Origin: Octopus vulgaris
Taxonomy: Eukaryota
NCBI GenBank assembly: GCA_951406725.2
Contig: OX597819.1
Location: forward strand, 68,510,001 to 68,574,000
Length of the DNA: 64,000 nt
Reading direction: 5' to 3'
Shown piece after piece: positions 54,594-64,000 of this stretch (positions are counted from its first letter, which is position 1; every line of letters starts with the position of its first letter). A program made the translations under genes and the position numbers. The notes under the pieces were generated by a model. That model searched no databases, was not told the origin of the DNA, and saw nothing but the letters and a program-made list of their open reading frames with translations.

Positions 54594-55829
54594 TTACAAC
54601 AACCAAGATGAGGACAAATATCCGCCAAATGTAAATAATGTAAATAATGTACATATTCCCTCATCTCTTAAATATAGAACTGCATTCGCAAATTTAGTTG
54701 AACGGTGTTGCAATAAGAAATTTGTGTCAGGTTACATATTTCACTTATTGAAATAAAATCTTAATTTTAGTATTATCTTTTCAAGCAGGTGTTACCAAAC
54801 ATATAAGTGACATTCAAGTACTAGCTTCGAATTTAGTAAAAGATACTTCACTGAAAAGAGATTGAACTTTACCGATCTGAAATTTCCTTCTCATGGTATC
54901 TTTATACAGGCCTGGGCACAATTCACTCGAGAGTAAAACAAAATTTCATAAATACTTAGTATTCAATTTTATTTATTCACTCCAATTATGAATGTTTAAA
55001 AATTGAATGGTGTGTGTTAAAATCACAGTTTTCTTTTCTCTTCAACATTTGTTTATTTATTAGCGAAGTCTCTTATAAAATAATTATTTGTTTTAATTTA
55101 GGTATTAAATGGTTTTGATTTACTATCAATTTACTTTTCGCCAACCTTGTATAGGAATTGTACTGTTTAGGTGTTGAAACTATAATGTTATCCGCTTGGT
55201 AGGTGACGATGGAAATATACATTTGTTATGATTGATTGTGAATTTCTTATATCTTAAACGTATGGCTCTGTGTTGTATTTCAGTATGCATATTGAATTAG
55301 GACCAACTCTAAGAGTACAAATATTACCGAATTCATGCATTTTAATGTATGTGTTTTGTCTATGGACCTTTAAGCTGCGGGGTTTCGTAATGGGAAAAAT
55401 CTCTGTAAGACGACGAGGGCTAAAAAGTACTAAATACCTCAAAGCCAGTCAGGAGGAATCGTCCAGTTGGTAAACGAGAACGGTTGATGTTACACGTTCA
55501 GTTGCATGCTGAACCACAACTGATCAACACGCGAGTACATTATTACAACATTACGCTGATCACGGGCCGCACAATGTAAAATGCTACTTTTGAACGTGGA
55601 ATTCTACACTCATGAGTAGCAGTCATACATCAAACTGTACGTAAAAATATAATCTATATGTATGTATTTACATACATATGTATGCATGTATTATGTGACG
55701 GCGGATGGTTTCGTGCCTAAGGTATTCGGTTCGCGATCGGAAGGTCGTGAGTTCAATAATTTATCTGATTTTGCTCTAGTTCATGCAACTAGTAAAACAT
55801 GAGTAGTATCTATATCTTAAGGGGTCAGT

Positions 55830-57590
55830 CTTGTGGTACATATCCCTTTTCCCTTAGCTGGTGTTCAGTGCCTGGCTCTGATCAGCGATGTTCAGTAATT
55901 CGGACATCTTGTTTCACGTCACATTTGCTGAGCTACTTTCATCATGCTTCCTGGTCTTTTATGTTGCTAGTCACGTGGCAGAACTGACCATGTAATCCCA
56001 TGCAGAATAGTATTCCTACTCTCTCGTTGTTTATTCGTAATCAGAATTCATTAGCACTCTCAGCTCCATCGTTACTAAATAATTCTGCATTAACAGCATA
56101 CTGTAGCAGGTCTTGTTCGCTGTTTACCAAATACTGTTACAACCTGTGTACGTTCCCCTTGGGGTGGGGGGCAGAATGTATAACCATCATCTTTCGAGGA
56201 GTGCGCTCGAACTGGTCAATCTCCGCTCCTATCCATTTCGTAATGGGTGCCCTATAGAGGACTACAACCAACAGTCCATATGTTGAGAGCAGACACAAGG
56301 TACTTTGCATTGAATTTTGATTTCAAAACAAGAGAATTTTTAGGCGCCTCAAATATGCAGTGGTGACCTTGTCTTTCATTTCTCTGTGCAAGATCTTGTT
56401 CAACACCGGGAATTCTAGGAAATTGTATCCACCATTATCCGGGTTGTTCATTCGCTTATGGTTTGGCAGTTTGCTCTTATCCCTCATTTCAAAGTGAGCA
56501 ACGCATGCTTTGAGAATCTCTATTGCTATCCATATATCTTTGTTGTACATCTGTATAGTACCAGATCGCCTCTCTATTTCAGACTCTGCTTTTTGCGAAT
56601 ATTTTAAAATCATCCATGAAAAGAAAGTGTTTGAGCCTAAACCCAATCTTCCTCAGCTCGTAGCCCGGGTTAACTTTGCGTAGAGATACAGAATGTGGCA
56701 TGAAGGCTATAACAAAAACACACAGGTGAACAATAATCTCCCTGGAAGTTACCTCTTTTGATCGTTACCTTGGCGAAGTACTAGTTGTTACAGAAAAGGC
56801 GTGTTTTTCAACTAGGCGTGCTGTTCTTAATCAGTGCGTACACGTTCTCAGCTACTACACACATGTCGACTGTTACCAAAATCCATGAATGCGGCAACAG
56901 GTCGTAGGCCTTTTTGAAAGCCTGTCCAGACCGCGCACGAGCCTTTTTGGTACCGTTTGCAGGTTTTTATTATCATCTTGTCAGTCATAAGGTGGTCTTT
57001 GTTGCCCTTCGATCATTCTCGGCATCCGTCTTGTGCTACTAGAAGTAGATCGTTTTTCTCCAGGAACATACATATTTTGTAAATATTTTGCCATAGAAAC
57101 TTTAGAAATACACTATAGACAATACAATTAAACCCTTTCTACAGATCAATCCATTCTATAGCATCGTACCTATCTCTCTTCTCTTCTCTCTCTCTCTCTT
57201 CATCCTCATAAAAATTTTCCACAAGCATTTATTTTATCAATCCATTATTAAAATTTTCCAAACGCGGTTAAGACAAACAAGCAATAGGTCTGTAATTGCC
57301 AAACTTATTGGCGTTTGATCGATCTTTCATCACCATTATTGTATATCCCTCTATTGTATTTCCAATCCATTCTGGAACTGCACCACTCTGTAGGTAACTG
57401 TCTAATTGCAAAGCAATTCGTTTGTACATTGACCTAATCCACTTGAGACAGAAGCCTTAGATTCCTTCGGGCCCTGCTGCTCTCCAGTTTTGCGGTTTTG
57501 ATACCTCAGTGATTAAACCATCCGTTGTTATGCGTACACGATCCTGCCTCAGAGGATCATAGGCACTCACCTTCCAGAATCCCTGACATC
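55830..57590 (-). mobile_element. decayed R4/Dong-type RT fragment
   Basis: Reverse complement gives GPEG, NYRPIAC, KKAYDLLPHSWI and AYLRRLKILL. Interrupted by a CT-core insert at ~57090-57250. Confidence 0.75.
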
Positions 57591-57639
57591 TTATATAAAG
57601 AGCTTGCTGAAATTTCATGCAGATCTACACATGTGAAGA

Positions 57640-58112
57640 TGAATTCCCGCTGAGGTCAACTTTGTCTTTTATCCCACCCAATGAACAAAATGAAGTACTA
57701 TTCAAGTACCGGTGTTGTTTCAATCGGCAGTCACACTTCTCCCTTAAAATTAATGGTTATGTATAAAAACCGGATGTTGTTAAGGTTGTGTGCAGGTAAA
57801 AACATTGGGGAATAGGACAGAAAAAGTATTTCAATATATTTTCCGGCGCTTTACGGGGGCGGTGAAATAAGTAACGGTTGAGTACTGGGGTCCATACAAC
57901 CGACTTGCACTCCTCCCTACAACTGATAGCATTGGGCCAAGATTGGAAATCATTAGTGCAGTGGGCTGGCAAAGTCGTTCGGGCACCGAGTGATTGAACT
58001 CCGGCATTTCTTTCGACGATATATGTCCTGTGTTCCAATAAATCGTCCTTTCGGGGGTCGATAAATTAAGTACCAGCTACATTCCAGGCCTTGTGCCTTT
58101 AGCAGAAAGGAT
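57640..58112. mobile_element. cluster of Meta-type SINE fragments
   Basis: cctttcgggggtcgataaattaagtaccag at ~58047, plus related blocks at ~57650 and ~57865. Confidence 0.65.
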
Positions 58113-58157
58113 TATGACTATTGTTGGAGTTACTACTACTACTACTACTGCTGCTGT

Positions 58158-58237
<80 letters not shown>

Positions 58238-59087
58238 TTACTACTAGATGTAGTAGTAGTACGGAAAAACGCCATTGATTATTTTTCACCATCAACATTT
58301 CATTGCTGATCTGTTTCTATAGAAATTTTGAAATCGATATTATAAACAATAGAATTAAACCCTTCCATCACATCCATCCGTTCTCTAGCATCGCATCTCT
58401 CTCTCTCCTTCTTTCTCTCTCTCCTTATTTTCTCTCTCTCTCTATCTCTATATATCTATATATCTATCTCTCTTTCTCTCTATATTTCGCTTTCTCTCTT
58501 TCTCTCTCTTTCTTATCATCATCATCATCAAAAATTTTCCGCAATCTTCCATTTTATCAATCCATTGTTTATTAACACACAAACCCTTTTCACTCCTGTT
58601 ACTACATTTTGTTTCTAACTACTGCTCCTGCCTCTGCCCTGGCTGCTACTGTAGATGTTCATTTTAATAACAGGATGATTATGATGATAAATTGATGATA
58701 ATAATAATAATAAACTAAATATTTGTGCGTTTTACTTAGAAAACTTAAACAGAATTCGACCATAATAGTCGCAAGTTATTTTTAGCACTGCATAATGAAG
58801 AGTTTCAGTCATATGATTTGGACTTTCTTATCAAGATAGGAAAGATGAATTTTTTATTGAAATGTATGTGGTTAGGTCTAGCTTCTACATGTTGTGTGAA
58901 AATAATTCTGCCATGTTTAAAGGGTTTCATACCTGCAATATTCTTCTTTGAAATACGACTATGTATGATAGGACATCGTTAGATATTCACTACCTAAAGA
59001 AATCTCTACAAAAATTATTGGTGCCAGAAATTCCTCAAGGAGACCATATATTTAACCAACAAGTACAGATAGAAATGTCTGTCTCAC

Positions 59088-59129
59088 TTTTACCGTTTCG
59101 ACAGGAAGCACGTTTTGGTGCGTAATGTC
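59088..59129 (-). CDS. candidate 42-nt micro-exon (DITHQNVLPVETVK)
   Basis: Pyrimidine-rich tcctttcAG acceptor and GTGAGA donor. Open in phase 0. Confidence 0.3.
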
Positions 59130-59323
59130 CTGAAAGGATTTAATGGAAACAAGAAATGGATAAGCGAACGTGAAGCGGTGTTACATGAAACAGGCCATGA
59201 AAACATAAATTTGGAAAAACAAACAACTGAACAAAGAAGAAAAGGACAACAAAGTATCCTCGAAGAGACATAACAGAATTCGTTAGATTTATGTCCGGTT
59301 ATTATATATGTGCGCATATGTAC

Positions 59324-59383
<60 letters not shown>

Positions 59384-59397
59384 AAATGTATCTAATA

Positions 59398-59880
59398 ATA
59401 ATATTAGGAGTAAATCCAAACTTACAGGGAAAAATTAGATTTAGGATTAAATCTAATTTTATAGTATAAATATATATATATTATATTATATAATATATCA
59501 AATTAGAGATAAAACCACTATTAGGCAAATCAAACAGTGAAAATCATAAACCAATACATAGAAATAAAATTAATTAATAAAAAATATATAAATTATAAAA
59601 TTCAAAATTAAAATATTTAAATTAAAGTTAAAATTTAAAAAATTATTTAAATTGATAATTTAAAGTTATGAATTTTAAATATATATATATATTATTATTT
59701 TATATATTTATTTTTTTTTAAATATAACTATCAAAAAGTATGAAAAGTTTAATATAAGAAAAAGAGTATTTTAATTTTGAATTTTATATTTTATATATTT
59801 TTTATTAATTAATTTATTTCTATGTATTGGTCTATGATTTTCACTGTTTCATTTGCCTAATAGTGGTTTTATCTCTAATT
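59398..59880 (-). mobile_element. short PLE-terminus fold-back, same family as 22431-24410
   Basis: 59401-59465 resembles the reverse complement of 24340-24408. Inverted arms 59501-59615 and 59767-59880. TA flanks. Confidence 0.8.
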
Positions 59881-59934
59881 CAATATATTATAAATGTATG
59901 TATATATATATGCATATATATATGCATATATATA

Positions 59935-60062
<128 letters not shown>

Positions 60063-60072
60063 ATGTATGTGT

Positions 60073-60106
<34 letters not shown>

Positions 60107-60424
60107 CATATTATATAGAGACAGACAGACAGACAAAGACAGAGAGAGAGAAATCAATTTGTTTTAAATCAAATCTCTGAGTGAGAATATAGTAACAGTA
60201 TCAAATAGTAATTTTTATATGGCAACAGAATGTGGCAGTCCTATAAATGACGATGTTACTGTTCTTATAGACCCAGAAAAACATCTTTTCCAGCTGGCTA
60301 TCGACACACAGTTTGTGTCCGTATATCATTCGCAAGGGAGGACATCGCTCCCTTCTCTAGCCTACCGTGATTTATCTTAGAAACAACCAACCCGCACTAG
60401 AACACAGCAACAATCAATTAATAA

Positions 60425-60805
60425 TTATGGGATAGAAGCAATTCGATTCTTGATGGAACAATATCCAGAAGAAATACCGGAACGAATCAACAAATAATTT
60501 ATCATTGAATCCATAAAATTTATCCTCCCTAATAATCACTTCATGTTTGATACCACCTTCTACCGTAAAAAATCTGGAATTGAGATGTGTAGGAAAGCAG
60601 CGCCTACCATTGCAAATATTAAAATGGGATTCTCAAAAAAATAATTGGAGACCCTCTCACCCAATACATGAAGAAATTTACTAATAGATTTTTAGAAGTC
60701 TGCTTCATAATATGGAATGAAAACATAAACAAACTCCTGGAATTCAAAATACTCCTAAACAGCATCAACACCAACATACTATTTACAATAGAATTCAACC
60801 AGGAG
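60425..60805 (+). pseudogene. Penelope-like RT fragment
   Basis: FILPNNHFMFDTTFYRKKSGIEMCRKAAPTIANIKMG...RFLEVCFIIW...LNSINTNILFTIE, matching the decayed G.AMG..AP..AN and RY.DD regions. Confidence 0.8.
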
Positions 60806-60807
60806 TG

Positions 60808-60985
60808 TAATCTCAAGTTTTAAAACAAACATAATTTTCGTATGGTTTTTTAGGCATTCACTAGTACAACACTAAGAACAAAACCAAATATATGGCACCC
60901 AAGGCATAAAACCAACATAAACTTCCAACTTGTTGTCTCTTGAGGTCTCTGGGTGAGACTTGGAACCAGCTTGTGCAAAGGTAAA

Positions 60986-61065
<80 letters not shown>
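60808..61065 (+). mobile_element. probable LINE 3' UTR fragment ending in (AAT)n
   Basis: Hairpin gtctc-ttgaggtctctgggt-gagac just before the (AAT)n tract, placed like the 3' end at 35430-35495. Confidence 0.4.
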
Positions 61066-61067
<2 letters not shown>

Positions 61068-61201
61068 TAAATGAATAATTAAATAAATATATAAATAAAC
61101 TATGTACGAAAGGGCTTCGAAATTACGAAAGTTGTAGTGTGAAAATTATAAGGATAGGAAATTTAGAGAAAATTTCCTACCGGTGGGCAGTATTATTTTC
61201 A

Positions 61202-61248
<47 letters not shown>

Positions 61249-61278
61249 TGCGTGTGTGTGTGTGTGTGTGTGTATAAA

Positions 61279-61327
<49 letters not shown>

Positions 61328-61466
61328 GTGTATTTGTGTGTCTGCGTAACCCAGCGTGTGTTCGTATATATATATACATTCTTTAAATTGATGTAGGTAG
61401 AACCAATGCAACCCCAGTAGGTTTTGAAAATGAATTAAAGCTGTATGTAATTTTATATGCATTGTT

Positions 61467-61530
<64 letters not shown>

Positions 61531-62243
61531 CATTTACAGAAATACATCTACATTTATATCCATGTATATAAGTATGAATTTTTATTTGCATCTGTCTATC
61601 TATCGATATATATATATATATTTATATAACAAGTGGGGGATAGATAATGAAAGTGAGGGACGCCACTATCAAACCAAACAGATGCTTGGGAATATATACT
61701 ATTTCTAGAATCATTTTTACGGGCATCCCCTCCTCACAAGCATACACACAGCCATACACATAATATGACACACACACATGCATACACACACGCGCACACA
61801 TACTCACACACACAAACAAACACACGCCCAGGCATACACACACACTGCTGGTTTCTTAAATTTTTCTAAAAATTTGTTGGAAAAAATATAGAAATATAAA
61901 AACAGAGAACTTTCTGTGGAGAGTGGAGATTCAGACTATTTAATAGAATACACATGTACACGTAAATTTAGATCTAACGGTATTTATACATCTATCATAA
62001 TATTTGTAATAATCTATAATATTGAAAAATTCATATATTTGATATTTTATGGCTGTTTAAATATCATATCAAACTATATTTATACACTTTTATTCTGCAT
62101 AAAAATCAATTCATTTATATTTTTATTTCAACATTTAGCAAAAATAATTATTTATGGACGCTTTAAATACTTCCATCCAGAATGCTTTTACAGCCATTAT
62201 TGCAAGTGAACAAAGTAGCGTGGAGTTAATGTTGATAATAAGG

Positions 62244-62315
<72 letters not shown>

Positions 62316-62332
62316 CCGATGATGATGATGAC

Positions 62333-62368
<36 letters not shown>

Positions 62369-62373
62369 GATGA

Positions 62374-62413
<40 letters not shown>

Positions 62414-62479
62414 GATGACGATGATGATGACAATAATAATAACAATAATAATAACAACAACAGCAACAACGATAATAAC

Positions 62480-62548
<69 letters not shown>

Positions 62549-62851
62549 GAGGTGGAGGGTGAAAGGGAGAAGGAAAAGCAGGAGGAGGTTAACTAATAAT
62601 AACAATAATAATAGTCAGAAATAGACAAATGATGATGATGATGGTGATGATGGTAATGATGATGATGGTGGTGGTGATGATGATCATGATATTAATAATA
62701 ATTACAACACCAACAACAATGCTAATAATAAAGGTAATAAAGCTAATAATAATAAACAACTTCTCAAAAGCACAAATAGCTGTAATTATGACATGAGGAA
62801 CAGGAATATATATACATATATATTGCAAATACATGCGAAACGTAACAGACG

Positions 62852-62887
<36 letters not shown>

Positions 62888-62905
62888 CACATAAATATAC
62901 ATATG

Positions 62906-63015
<110 letters not shown>

Positions 63016-63101
63016 TGTATACATTTACATATATCTATATGTAAATAAATTCATATATATACATATATATATGTATATATGTGTGTGTATTTACATATAT
63101 A

Positions 63102-63132
<31 letters not shown>

Positions 63133-63310
63133 CTGTGGTAGTGGTAGAATACATATAACGACAACTACACTTGTGTCTCTGTGTGTGTACATGTGTAAAG
63201 ATAAGGGTTTATAGCAAATATGAAGCATTATGAGCGACTGCTTACACTCAGTTGCATTTCTCTGTAATCTTCAAATAAAAACGTATACGTATGTCTATGT
63301 GTTAGTCTAC

Positions 63311-63465
63311 CTGCTGCAGCGTATTGATGTTCGCCATTGGCGATGTGCCACCATCATTCAAGGTTGAGTAATTTTTATGGAAATAAAAGTGTCGGCCTCC
63401 CTTTGAGATTTCAATCACCCATTGGGTTGTACACTTTCCTCTACTGAGAAATGGTTTCACGCACA
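63311..63465 (-). CDS. candidate 155-nt coding exon (..CVKPFLSRGKCTTQWVIEISKGGRHFYFHKNYSTLNDGGTSPMANINTLQQ)
   Basis: Complex-sequence island among microsatellites. ttttatgtcAG acceptor and CAG|GTAGAC donor. One open frame ending in phase 0. Confidence 0.4.
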
Positions 63466-63753
63466 CTGACATAAAACAATACAACTTCTAGGTACGTATG
63501 TGTGGAAGTACACATACATACACGTCCGTACAATCATACAAAAAATATGTACTCATGTGTATATATATATATACATTTTTATATATATATATATTAATGA
63601 GTCTATGCAGTTGATTTTAACAGTGGGTTCGGGTTAGTATGTATAGGTGTGCTTATTTAGACCAAGCAATATTTCTACGTATACACATGTTAAAATATAC
63701 ACCTATACGTACCTACATAAGTGTATGTGTGTATATATATATATACATATATA

Positions 63754-63868
<115 letters not shown>

Positions 63869-64000
63869 TTGTATATATGTATATACAGAGATTCTGAGAT
63901 AAACAGGTAGGTTGATTGATTGATTGATAAATACACAGATAGTGTATATGTGCACACACGCATAAATACACGCGCGCCCCCATCTGTGTGTGCATGTGTG

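Overview
AT-rich, microsatellite-dense eukaryotic DNA made mostly of transposon debris. The SINE families and repeat content point to a coleoid cephalopod, probably Octopus (inference). No complete host gene is visible. There are only two weak candidate minus-strand micro-exons, near 59.1 and 63.4 kb. Recognisable elements are a 5'-truncated CR1/L2-group LINE, several R4/Dong-type restriction-like-endonuclease LINE copies next to (TAA)n, Penelope-like element (PLE) pieces, Tc1/mariner remnants, a hAT-type MITE, Helitron pieces and many tRNA-derived SINEs. The main hidden signal is at least nine minimal type-I hammerhead-ribozyme-like motifs in short modules inside or beside (TA)n tracts. Their catalytic cores differ, and the 3-8 pair appears as C-G, G-C and U-A. 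Some sit in long fold-back palindromes. A unique-looking region at 41-53 kb holds a 155-bp perfect inverted duplication and a 57-bp perfect hairpin. All calls were made by eye, so boundaries of decayed elements are approximate.
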